In this document: positions 38,868-51,561 of the stretch, piece after piece
Position numbering within the stretch: the first letter of the stretch is position 1
Layout of the letters: each line of letters opens with the position of its first letter
Assembly (NCBI GenBank): GCA_964199315.1
Contig: OZ116701.1
Location: 18,042,001 to 18,106,000 of the forward strand
Reading direction: 5' to 3'
From: Orbicella franksi
Taxonomy: Eukaryota
DNA length: 64,000 bases
Notes under the pieces: model-generated
Databases searched by the model: none
What the model was told of the DNA's origin: nothing
Seen by the model: only the letters and a program-made list of their open reading frames with translations
Made by a program: the position numbers and the translations under genes

Positions 38868-38988
38868 TGCGGTTACCCGTGATTTTATTTCCCGCCATTT
38901 GTGGCTCCGGATGACCTATCTTTCTAGCATTTGTGGTTACACGCGAGCCACATTTAGACCATTTGTGGTTCACGTGTCTTTAACCGCA
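38868..38988. promoter_or_regulatory. Candidate homotypic motif cluster (TGYGGYT, Runx-like) with 32-bp phasing
   Basis: TGCGGTT 38868, TGTGGCT 38900, TGTGGTT 38932, TGTGGTT 38964; reverse-strand copies AGCCACA 38946 and AACCGCA 38982; CACGTG at 38971. Regulatory role is inference only. Confidence 0.35.
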
Positions 38989-40751
38989 ACATCGTAGGTG
39001 TGAAGCTTATGAACATTTGTAAAATGAGGAAGATGATAATTTACGCTTTGAAAAAACTACCTTCGCGTCTAATAATACATCGAAGATAATATTTAAGTTC
39101 AGTAAAAATTATTAAGGTTTAATGCAGAAATCTGAATGATGTTACTGTATGGCGGAAGTGTACAATGGCCTTTTAATTATTAACATTTTCTATACCTTTA
39201 TTTCTGAAATTTAATGCCAATTTTGGCAGGATTTCTGGTGAAAACGTAGCATACAAAACGTTTGACTGGCTTTTCAGCTCGATTACATCTCTTCCCATTT
39301 GGCAGATTAAGACTCTTTTGCGTGGTATCTAACATGCAATTCATACCACACTTTGCGCTAGGTTTGGAACATGGCGAAGAAAAACCTCTGAAAGGATATA
39401 TTCCACTTCAGCGATAGACATCAATCCCTTAAATTGCTGATAAGAAACCATTATACTGTATTTCTATTAGAAAACACCCTGTAAAAAGAGTTCTCTCAAA
39501 CCACCACTCGTGTTTAGGCTGGATAGTTACACGGAATATGTTTTCAATTTCCTAAATAACGTACGTTCAGGAAGTTCGGGTTCTTTGTTGACATAAAAGA
39601 ATACAGAAACATCACGCAATCAAATTCGAGATAGCATCTCTGATCTGCGTAATTGGTTTATTAGCTAAGGGATAAGAAAGAACACGAATTCGCAGGTCGT
39701 ATCAGCTATTCCGTCAAATCTGAGGCCGGAAACAGTAAAAACTCTGTTGCTGTTGTAATTCATCTATCAAGTAAGTGGGCGATGTAAATGAGTTAACTTG
39801 ATGATGTAGCAAACTTTAATTATTATTATTACTTCCTATTATTTCGAGATTCTTCGCTAAATTTTATCCGTGGATTTAACCCTGGTGTGTGGCCATTTAA
39901 AACTGTATTGAGCAGAATTTTCATCAACTGCTCCTATGCTATATAAGGAGTTTTTAACTTTCGAGTCTTCTAATGAAACCATCTTTCATTCTATAGAAGC
40001 TATGGAACAGTACTCTTCTTTTTCTTTGGTTCTTTCTTCTTCCCATTACATCGTATACGTAATTTATAAATAAAAACCAAAACGATTGGTCGGCCAGGAA
40101 ATCGTGTGCAAGCTCAATTGAGTTTACTTTTTTACCGAAGATCCCCGTTATTTATACTAATTAAGGTACGTAGGAGGCATAATTAAGATATTGATGTATA
40201 TTCTAGAATTATTTTTTGCTTCATTAATTCTATATTTCGTGTTGTTTAACCCAATCAGACACCAGGCAATTCCAATAAACTTCATGTTCAACATTCACTC
40301 ATTGTCTACCGTTTTTCAAGATATATATGTATCGTGGAAACGAGATAGATGCGGTATAGGAAATATTCTAAATCCGCTGGTTGAAAATTCCGCAGTCAAA
40401 ACTTATTTCGTAGCAAGCCAAAACTCGGTCAAAAGTCTTCCGATCAACTTCGGAACTCTTGGCAAGTCTTCGGATCATCTTCGAAAATCTTCGCAATCGG
40501 CTTCAACTCAACTTCGAAAATCTCCCGACGCGCATCTTCAAATCGACTCCGAAAGACTTAAGCAAAACTCAGGTACATCAATTTTTGATACCAGAAAATG
40601 CGAGCTCATGTTGTGTCCTTTGGCAACATACTTGTGATACTGTTTTAGACCTAGAATGAACTCAGTGCAGCCACTTGCCATCCGATAATACTAATCGCGT
40701 CATACTACAGAAAAAACAAAAAACAAACAAAAAAAAAAAACAGTTGTTTAG

Positions 40752-41034
40752 TCCTGCATACGAGCCAATTGGCCCATCAGGCCAGTGCTATCACCGGTTT
40801 CTGTAGCATGAAGCGACTAGGAGTATTCCTACTCCCCCCTGGATGAGATGAGAAGTCCATCGCAGGGTTACCTGAAGCATTAAATTCGCCGGTACCCATT
40901 TATACACCTGGGTGGAGATAGGCATTGTGAGAGTAAAGTGTCTTGCCAAAGAACATAACACAATGTCCGCAGCCAGGGCTCGAACCCAGACCGCTTGCTC
41001 CGGAGCGCACTAACAATGAGGCCACCTCGCCTCC
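40752..41034 (-). mobile_element. tRNA-derived SINE, second copy of the family at 32455-32755
   Basis: Colinear similarity, e.g. CCGGTTTCTGTAGCATGAAGCGACTAGGAGTATT, TTCGCCGGTACCCATTTATACAC, CCAGGGCTCGAACCC. Confidence 0.8.
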
Positions 41035-44000
41035 AGAAATCCGGGTTTAATTGTGTACCTTCAGTAGATAAAATGACTACCTTAATAAAATGACGTAATT
41101 ATAAACATATATACTAAATAAAAAGGACGGTATTTTTTGCCAGAGATTGAAAATTACTTGTGATAAAAAAGGAGCTTCGCCACAAAAATGTTCACATCGA
41201 CATGCATGTCGGGGCTCTTAGTCGAGGAAATACGGTAGCTTGTTTATTGATATGAATTGTGTACTTAGTTTGACAGGTAAGAACAAGAAAAGAACGCTTT
41301 GACTTGCAGGTGAATTATCAAGAGTTATTAACCAGTCGGATACGTGGAAACGCCAATAAACGACCCAATGATGTAATGGACTTGTAATGCATGTCGCTGT
41401 TCACTGTAACGAGTCTTCGACGCCCAAAGTCTCGAGGAACCGATCAATATTTAATGCACTAAATGATAACATGCGATAAACACCACACAACGAAAACAAA
41501 GTCCGATTTTCACGTGGTGATCTCTTTCACACTAACATTGATTTCAGCGACGTTTTTCTTTCAAACTGAAAGTTGATTCCCAGGTGATTTGCAAATTGGA
41601 GTGCTGAATTGTTCGTGCAAATAGGAACAAAATAACACCAATTTTCGGCGCCCTTGTAGCGCGAACTATCATTGGCTAGGGATTTTTGTCTATAACCTGG
41701 GCAACTCTTTTCTAAACCGCAAATAATATTCCGAGTCAACACCTAGTGATGAAATCTATTTTAGCGGCCACGGGGTAATCCCAATATGAATTAAAAAGCT
41801 GTCATGATATTCATTTTCCTCAAACAGTGATGAAGGTAACATGTCTTTGAATCCAAGAGGAATGGATTCATGATCTTCACATTTGACCTGTGGATCCGAG
41901 GAATTCCTTCAGGTATCGTCAATATGACTGAATTCGTTTATCTAACTTCTGTTATTGGTAGCCTAACAAAGCGGCGGACAGCTTAGGCATTCAGCCAAAT
42001 GTAAGTGCATGTTATTCGAAATGATCATGGCTTCCAGTTACAAGACCAAAGAAACCATGTCTCACTGCAATGGGAGACCTAAAGAAGAGCATCTTACGTG
42101 GTGCAGGGAATCTTTTTCACAAAACCGGTCAAATGTCACTATTTTGCGCAGTTTGAAAAAATATGCTTGTAGTTTTTTTAGTGTCAAATATACTTCACTC
42201 GCCTATGTGTCGCTTCGTGACCGAAATTTACTGATTTTTAAGCCGAATGCAAAGGATAATTTTACGAATGAAACATTTCTGTTAGGCCGTCCGAACAGCG
42301 TTTTTAAAGAGATTCGAAAATGAAATTTAAGAATATTGATGTTTAAGATCAAACACGAGATTTCCGAATACTGTAACCGCGTTTTGTAATCGCGTGGCAC
42401 TTAAACATTATTCCCCTCTAACGAAGTTATTTTCGCGAGATGGATCGCATCTTAAGGAGAGTGATTTGAAAGTTTCGGCCTTGGCAATCTTAATTGTGTT
42501 AATCAACCACTAATTGGAATCTTTTACTGATTAATATGTGTCGGTTGTAAGATTTTTTGTTCCCTACATGAGTGATCCTTCCAAATAAAATCGAGTTTTA
42601 ATCATTTCTAGCCTATCAGGGATGGTTTCATTGACTTTTTTCAAATAAATGACTTTTCGAAAGAAAAACAACAAAACCAAACAATTTTCTTGTTTAAATG
42701 TCTCCTCCTTCCACTCTTCCACAGAACAAAGTTGATTAAATAGTTATGCGAAACCATCGACATTACCCCGGACCAAGTTGGAATTGTTTCGTCAGTTTTG
42801 TTCCGGGAGAAAAAAGTGTTTCGATATAAGACCACATTAAAGTAAAGTAAGGCACCTTTTTTTTTCAGGCAAAAAGAAAAAACTTAAAAGCCTTGGAAAT
42901 AAACAATTTACTGTACTTTTCGTTTCACAGGAACTTCTGAGAAGTCTTAATTTGCCAGTGATTCGTTTTAAAGACATCCTCCATTAAGGTACCTAGGAAT
43001 TATCGCTAGATAGAATACCAAATACAATTTCTAGGACGCTGCCAACTCTAATAAAGACAGTATGGCATAAATCATATTATGGTTACCAAATGTACTCATA
43101 AATCGCCCTGATGTCGCATCACTCAAAACACAAACGGACCACAAAGCACAATCGTACACTTTCACCATCTTGAATGTCTCAAGCCTATACTGATTGGTGT
43201 TTTCTCAGTAAGCAAGATATAATAGTTTACACTTTGTGATTGCCTGGAAACTGCTATGAATGATAAGAGTATCGAAACAGAAATTATTTCTGCCGAGCGT
43301 TCATTGTATAAAATAAGGTAAGGAAAATAAATTTTTATTTTCATATTGTCAGTTCATAGAGTAATGAATGCTATAGAGTTCCCGGAATATTGGAAGATCT
43401 CAAAACAACAGCAGAAATATGCGATGTTGGCGAGCGCTTTTACAGCCGTACTCTTGCTATCACAATTTCTTTTTTTAACTATGTATTATTTGAGAAATTT
43501 GTGGCTCATTCTAGGAAGAAAATGTTTTCCAGTTGTAATTGATGAATTATAACGTGTAAGCTCCTATTAGCTAACAAACCATAGACTATAAACAAGGGGC
43601 TAAAACAAGTGTTATGTTATTTCGTAAGTGTGCAAATTTATTCTATTAACCATATAAGGAAATCAAAGCCACGTCGTCTTTTAAAAGCCAAAGAACAGAT
43701 TTAAACGCCAAATACGCTGATGACCCTCGCCTAGCGCCATGAGAGAGCGGTACACCAGTATGCTCTATTTTCTTTGTGACATGTTGAATGTGCAGCGACA
43801 AAATATTTTTCCTTTCGCGAGGAATTGCGAGGAAGGGAACCTTTGAAAATAATAGTTTAAAATACCCAAGAAGAAAATAAGACCGAAAAGTTGTAAGATT
43901 ATGTCGAGAGGGCAGAGACCGGAGACCACGATTCAAGCTCGAAAAAATACAGGCTATATTTTTCCGAGATTCCGGCCAACGATGTTACTCAGCTGTAAGG

Positions 44001-44094
44001 AAAATTTCACAGAAGTAGCTTAGAAATCATTAAAATCAGATGTTAACCGCGGATAGTGTGTGACGTAAAGACACCATAGAAGCAAACAAATAAA

Positions 44095-44137
44095 TAAAAT
44101 AAAATAAAATAAAATAAGAAGAAGAAGAAGAAGAAGA
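44095..44137. repeat. Compound (TAAAA)n(AAG)n microsatellite
   Basis: Directly visible. Confidence 0.8.
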
Positions 44138-47100
44138 AAAAGAAAATCGTCAAAAGCAGCATGCCAGTATTTGTAAGCTCCGGCTTCTCAGTGGGAAGAC
44201 GGATGGACCACATAAATGGGATATTGTTAAAACCCTGGATTCCTCTTTATATGCTGTTTTGAAAACACATCAATTATCGGTCTTTTCTGTTCACTATCTT
44301 GTATCTTTAACAAGGTACTTCTAGCAGCGAACAGACTCACTAAAAACCCACTTCTATGACTTTTTCCGCAATTTTCAAGAGCATTGGCATCAAAAGAAAG
44401 AACTTATGATTAACAAGACATTTTTTCCGGAAGTATACAATTCTAAAATAAGCGTTAACGATTTTTAAGAAGACCAAACAGGAAGTGCTTAGAGTCCAGT
44501 TTTAATTTATGAACTTTTTATTAGCGATATTCCAAGTTCCTTTAGTAAAATCTTTTTGAAAGTGATTCCAACAACGAGAATACGAAACTACTTAGTATCC
44601 TTTTTTAAAAAAAGAAAGTTCTGTATTTTATATGTCATTTACATTCTTGCTATTGTAGCTATTAGTAATGACACCTGACCCCTTTCACAGACGGCGTATT
44701 CGTAATTAATCTTGATCAAAATGATTCCGAGCTTTAAAATACTTTTTGTCACGCAGCAGCATTGACCGGGTGGGCAAATAAAGGAAAAATAATTTGTTTC
44801 TTTTTGTGTCAAAATATATGAACTTCATATTTTGAACTTATGCCATTTCTACGAACCTGAAAGTGCCCTAGGCTGTTGGAATTAAAGGTTCGCACTCGGC
44901 ATGCATGAATTAATATTTAAGACTCCCTGATTAGACATTTAGTTTGCACTTCAAAGAACATGGCCGATTTAATAACAAAATGTCTTCGTTTGAAACATCC
45001 GCGAAAGCTAGTCGATCGTAGTTGATCGAGAAAGGGCAATTCTTGAGATAAACTCGTTTGACATTCAGCCCAGGTATTATAAGAAGACGCTAATGGCACT
45101 ATTCTACCAGTTCACTGACCCAATGAGGTACCTTGTCGCGTGTTTCTGGTCGCGTGTGGCCACGGAGCGGCACTTATTCGTCGCTAAAATTTATGTTTCT
45201 AGACAAGATGTATAAATTTGTGTGGCAGGCGCAGTAGAGATTCAGATCATCTTGTATTGTGAGAGATTTTCGATGGACCTAAGTTTTGTTACAAACGTAT
45301 GTCATTACATCTTGGTATAATTTCGTGTTTTTACCACGGAACAAAAAAGTAAACATTTTTGTTTCAATTTCAGTATAAAAATGGCTGCTAGAGTGCTATT
45401 AGGATGGTCAAGAGAAGCTTTCTCGCTTTGCAATTTGCTATGCGCGTTATAATTTAAACTGAAAGGAAGGTTTACGCAATAAGGCAACAAGTCGAAAAAC
45501 TGTTAAAACACCAGTTCCAAGACATTGGCAGCTGATGCAAGCCGTAGTCAGGATAACAGTCCACTTGGAGATAAATAGAGCCTGAAGTATCTCAAATAAA
45601 TGAAATGTTTCCGTGATAACTAACCAAAACAAACGTATATGTATCAAGAAAATAAACAAGTGCGCCCGACAAGAGTTACTTAACACACACACACAAAAAT
45701 TGCGTAACTGAATCCACTTACTTCAGATTTTCGATTTTTCCATGATTCTCTGCTCAGTGTAACGCAAACTTCTTCAAGACGGTTTATAGTCCTCAATCTT
45801 CTCACTACGCCGCAAAATGTCGTAGGACTCTAAAATTACTTCTAAAAAATATAAAATATAAAGGAACGCTGTTTCGTGACTATTTCGAGTATAATAAGAC
45901 AAACAAATGCACTCTGTGAGAAATGCGTTAGCTTCCGTACATGAATTGTGTTCGTAAATGTAAGATACACGTAAACGTCAATCAAAAATCATCAATATGA
46001 ATTCTTTTCTACGTATTCCCTCACCCAATTGGCCAAGAAATATAGCCTATTTTAACGTATTTGATTAATTTTTATGGAGGCCTCCAGGGTAAGTACTCGT
46101 ATAAACCTTTTTTTAGCTTGGGCGGTATGTAAATAATACTTAAAAAGAGACTGCTTTCTTTACACTTTAGTGATTCTCTTTGCGTATGTATCTGTCAATA
46201 TTAGCAACTAAAAATTTCTTAACCCCAAACATTCTCTATAAAGCGTGACAATTCAGGACTATTTGGCATTACAGGTCAAATTAATCGTTCTTTTCACGGT
46301 CTGGGGCCAATTTAAAAGCGACATAATTGTCAGGTCATGCAGAGCAATAATTTTACGATATGTTTGAATTGCTCGTCTGAGAAACTTACTAACAAAGGTT
46401 GCATGGGTTTCTAGCACTCGCCAGTAAATATAGTTAATCGGTTTTCAAGCATTTGAAATAGCATTTAGGACTTTTATTTTAGCGCAACGATTTGATAAAT
46501 GGCAGTTTCATGGCGTGTTGTCGGTACTATATAACGCCCAAACAAATACTCTGTGGCACAATTGAATAAGTTCTGGTCTTAGTCACTTCGTGCTGCAGGC
46601 CAAATATACCATACTTTTTGTAAAATGTCTAAATATTGGAAGCATATGATTGCGAGTCTTCGGCTCTTCGGCTCTCTTCATCCGTGCCACTGGAATAACA
46701 CGGAAATCAAAGCGAAGGTAAAATTCAAAGATCGATCGATCAATTTACTTGTATTGCTACCTGTACCTAGCGGGTATGTAATAACGTCTTACTAAATGGC
46801 TCACGGAGGGACTCTTCTTAATTAGTCAACAGTCTATCATCTGCCTGCCTGCCTGCCGGATACGGTATAATATATTACATCGACTAAAATTCCTACATAA
46901 AACTGAAGCGAAGCGCCCATGTCCAAGCTGCACGGTTTTTACAGATCGTTCTCTAGTCTGAATTCACCCAAAATACTGATATGGTCACAAGTGAAATCTT
47001 TAAGGAGTAGATATTACCAACTATTTGTTGGGTAACATGAATTAAATATTCGGCATTATTTCAGGCTTATCGGTGCTTGTTTGACCGCTTGACCAACCAC

Positions 47101-48350
47101 GTGCAAGAGATACAGTACATCAATTTGTTATCTCTATCGATGCGCCTGTTTCAAACTATTAATCGACAGCTTTTTAAATTATTTATGGCGGCGTTATCTC
47201 ATCTTTTTGCTAGCTTCGCGAAAAAGAGAATACAATAGTCAAAACACTCAAGCCTATCCATCTTAACAGGTGCAAATTTTAAAAAAGTTCAACGGAAAAT
47301 ATACTTTCCTTGCAGTGTAGAATAAGTGGAAAGTGAAACGTAAGCCGGATGTCTTATAACTGAAAGCTGCCAATTCTGAAGTCACTTAAACATATTGGGC
47401 GTAGCCTTACATGAGCGTTTTCGGGGTTTAAATTACTTTGAATGGAATGGATCTGGCGGTGATGTTTTCACGGACGTTGAATTAATTGGATGAAACCTTG
47501 CGGGGATATAGCTGAACACTTCAGCTGGCGTGTCGGTTAGACAAAGCTCTAAAATAAACGTACTGCAAATTGATAATACAAATTCTGTGAGTTCGTTGTG
47601 CCACACGAGGGATTGCATAATTCCTACCAGAGTACACGTGACCGTGTACTAAACGCTTAACAATATTTGTTTGTTTGTTTGTTTAATTATTTGCACGTAA
47701 GTCCGTCTTTTTGTTAGGCAAAAGATTTATCTGTATTCTGTTTTACATTAACATGGCTTTTGAGTGACATGCCTGCTTTCACATTTAGAAAAACCAAAAC
47801 CCATTAATCCTTACAAAATTTTATTTTTTCGCCCGTTTTTGATAGTTTAATAGTGAAAATTGTTATTTGCAAGAATACGTTTAAGCTCTACCAAATTTTC
47901 AACTGTTGTAAAATCTTCACTTAGGTTGCCATTTTATTGGAATGAAGAAGAGGAGAGACAGATAATATTTTTGGATTGATATGAGATAGAATTTCAATTG
48001 GAAAAAAATCCCTGTAAACAGCTGAAGATAATCCCATCAAAGGACCTTGCACGGATAATAACACAGATTTTTGACCATTATTGTTTGTTCATATCATGCT
48101 ATGTATTATATTTGGAGAGTTGTGTTTTTTTATTGGATCAAACGCTGTTTTTTATTTCATATATCGGTGAAATTAGCTTTGATGCATATTTCGAGACTTG
48201 TCCACCTGCATTATTGTGTAAGAAGCAAATTTCTAACAAAACTAAGTAAATTCTTAAATATTGAATTGATAGATAGTTTTTATATGGATTTTGGTCGCCA
48301 GGCTCTCTCTGCGTTTAAATTACAAATACAAAACACAACAAAACAAAAAT

Positions 48351-48963
48351 TCATACTCATAGTTTACCAGTCCATGCGTGCAGAGTGTCTAGCTTTACAT
48401 CGGCTCAGTCGGTGGAATGAGATTCATATCTCCATTGAGTCCTTCGATATTAATTTCTTAAACCTCAAACTTAATAATCGGAAGTAATACTTTAAACGAA
48501 ATATACTCGTGACTGAGGGATTATTGTGGATTCTTGGCTCTTTGGTTAATCCTCCCGTAGAAATAAAAAAAATGAAAAGCTAGTATTTGCTCTTGTTCAC
48601 CAAGTGAAACTGAATTAAATTACAAAAGAAACAAAACAATGCAAATCAACAACAACAACAACAACAACAAAAAACAAAAAAAAACAAGAAGGATTGTTAC
48701 ATTCATACTCATAGTTTACCAGTCCATGCAAAGAGTGTCTGACTTTACCTCCCAGTCAGTGGAATGAGATTCATATCTTCTAGGAACCTTCGATGTTAAG
48801 TTCACCAACCCCATCGGAAGCAATACTTTAAACGAGACATAGGCTTAAGGGCTCATAGCTATTAGGGCTTATGGGGGATTTTTGGCTCCTTAGTTAATCC
48901 TCTTGTGTAAACAAACATGAAATGGCGGTAGTTGCTCTTGTTAACCAAGTGAAATTGAATAAG
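48351..48963. repeat. Diverged tandem duplication, two copies of about 265 bp offset by 352 bp
   Basis: TCATACTCATAGTTTACCAGTCCATGC at 48351 and 48703; shared GTGGAATGAGATTCATATCT, ATACTTTAAACGA and TGCTCTTGTT-ACCAAGTGAAA. Confidence 0.75.
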
Positions 48964-51561
48964 ACATTAGAAAAACATTAAAAACCTTCTTTGAGGTTTG
49001 ACTGAGTCAGCGGATATGTAAATGTGACTATTAAATGCGATGTGACACGAAATTGTTAGACAGTGATTAATTAATTTGAAAAAAGGAATCAAAACCTTTA
49101 GTAATATCAGAGTCCTCGCGATATTGCTCAGAACGATAAGACTGAGCAATAGCGTTACTGTTAAAAGTCTTGACGGCAGTTTACATGTAAGTTTATCTTC
49201 TTTGATATCTTTCAATTTTCTGTTCTGGAATTCAGGGTTTACATGTACATTACAGCGGAGCAGCTACTTGTCGATTTGATTCATGCATGTCAACAATTCA
49301 TTCGGCCATGAACAATTTCCATATCAATTAGTCCTTTTTGTTTATAGGCCACAACTGAAGTTGATGCTCGGATTGAAGTGTTCCGTCATTTCTTCTTTTG
49401 TCCTTTTTTTAAAACAAGAAGTTGTTAAAAACTGATTTTTTTTTTTTTTCAGGATTTTACTGGTAATAGTTTTGCATTTTTTTAGAATGCAATGTTAGCA
49501 AATCCTGCATGTGCTATTCATAAAACCACCCGTTAAATGACGGCACTCACGTTGTTCGCTATAAGAAGTAGTTGTGAACCGCTCCAGCAAATCAGCTTTT
49601 ACCTCAGAACAGAGCAACTTTAAAATTAATCTTCGTTTAATTATTTGCTGTTGTGACGAAAGATTTTACAAACAACATTTTTTGGAGAACTGAAATACTG
49701 CTACTCTGATATTATGTTCGTTGGCTACTTCTTTCGCCAATATTCGTATTTCTCTTTTGCTAAAACCGCAACACCGAAAGCTTTTATTTTCGTCATATAG
49801 AAACCGGTGGCTTATTATATTTCAAAAGATATCTCATATATTTATAATTATCTGCTGCAACTGACTTCTAAACCATATAGGTACTCAACAATTTATAAAT
49901 CAACTACTAAAAACGCGGTAATCAACATCGCTATTGTGTCTTGTAGATATATTTTATCGGTTCATTTATAACATTATAGTTCACTTTAAACACCCTCGTT
50001 ACTTCAGTAACACCTACCCGAGGCTGTTGAGTCCCCAGCGCTCGACGAATACTGTTATGAGTTGATTGTTTGGGCAAAGTTTCCGAATGAGTTCTGTTCC
50101 TGTGAGTTAATGTGGCTGTCTGAAACGTTACAATCATATTAAAGTTTGAATCGGTAATATGCGCACAACATGGACAAATTATAAAAACGTACGTACTCAC
50201 GAGAAATTCCCTAGTTGTCTTTCGATCTCTCACTCGTAAGCAGGATATCAACGATTCCAAACCAGATGTTTTTGCAAGCTATAAAATTTTAAACCCTTTA
50301 TGGCCACTAAATCTTTCTTGAAAGATTTTTCATTTAATTTTTTTCTGATCTCCTGTCAGGCATGGCTAAATAATACAGCTCAGCTCACACCAGGTACACC
50401 AGCTGCAACAATAAAGAAATTTCAGATTTTCAATTTATTACGACCTTGGTCAATTCTGCACGACACTCTTTGAAATTCTGTTTTGACTAGCCAAGGTGGG
50501 GAACAATTTTTATCGTCCACGAGAAATCATTATTACGAGAAAGTACGTAGTGAATAAGCAAGTCAAAGACGCAAATTTAATAACCGGGCTATTGAAATCA
50601 TGTTTTTAGGGGGCTGTCTGTTTGGAGTTTACATTATTGCTGAGAAAGGCATATAACAAAAAATATTCTCAACGGCATAGATTAGCGGAATAAATGCTAG
50701 CTTATATATAACTTCCTTTTGCCTCACAGGTTGCTTTCCCAATTATTTTAAAATTCTCTAATTCTGATGTCTTTGAATAAAAATAATAAATTTGCTAAGG
50801 AGTTTAATTAATATACAATATATTTAATTAAGTGCATTTAATTAAGTCTTGGTTCAATGAGATCGCGATATATCATAAAATTCGCTGACCTAATGTATCA
50901 CCAGAATTTGTGTTTTAAACATAACTTCAAAGTCGATACTTTGGTCTCTTTCAGTTAGTAATTAATGCAATTTGGCAAATTACGGTTGTGTCAGTTTCAC
51001 GACAGTGGTTGTTTTTTCGAAAGCATTGTTCTCAAAATTAATTTTCCTCAGTGAAACATAACGCGTTCGGGCCACATGTAGTTGACCATAATGCAAATAC
51101 AAATGTTTCTACATGTGATAAATGGCATATATCCTGATGATACGTGCATAAAGTATTCCTAGCCGGGTGATATTTCAAACCACGTATAAGTTATTCATAG
51201 AGTTTATTCGAAATTTGAAAATAACAACAAGAATAATAATAAGCATATGGCGGTGCTCCAATTGGCGGTGTCCACATTGTAGAAACCCAAAAGAAACGCC
51301 ATTACATGGACTGGAGAAATTTGTGATCAAGTTTCTTGCATTAGTATTTACGTTGTATCAAATCATAACCTTTTCTTGTATTCGTGCTTGTAAACGCATC
51401 GTAGCACTTAAACGAGGTGTACCAGTCACAGATATAGGACATATAGCGCTGGCCGATTAGCTAAACGAAAATGAACGCGAAATGGGTATCTAATCGTATA
51501 ATCAATTAATATCATGATTTCCATCTCTCTTCTCCATCTTGGTCGCTCAGACACGGGGTTC

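Noticed and set aside
38864-38991. CRISPR-like repeat-spacer array
   Set aside because: The conserved unit is only 7-9 bp, there are no cas genes, and the context is a spliced animal genome.
40191-40637. 148-aa ORF
   Set aside because: Overlaps a CTTCG-rich low-complexity repeat; no domain or splice support.
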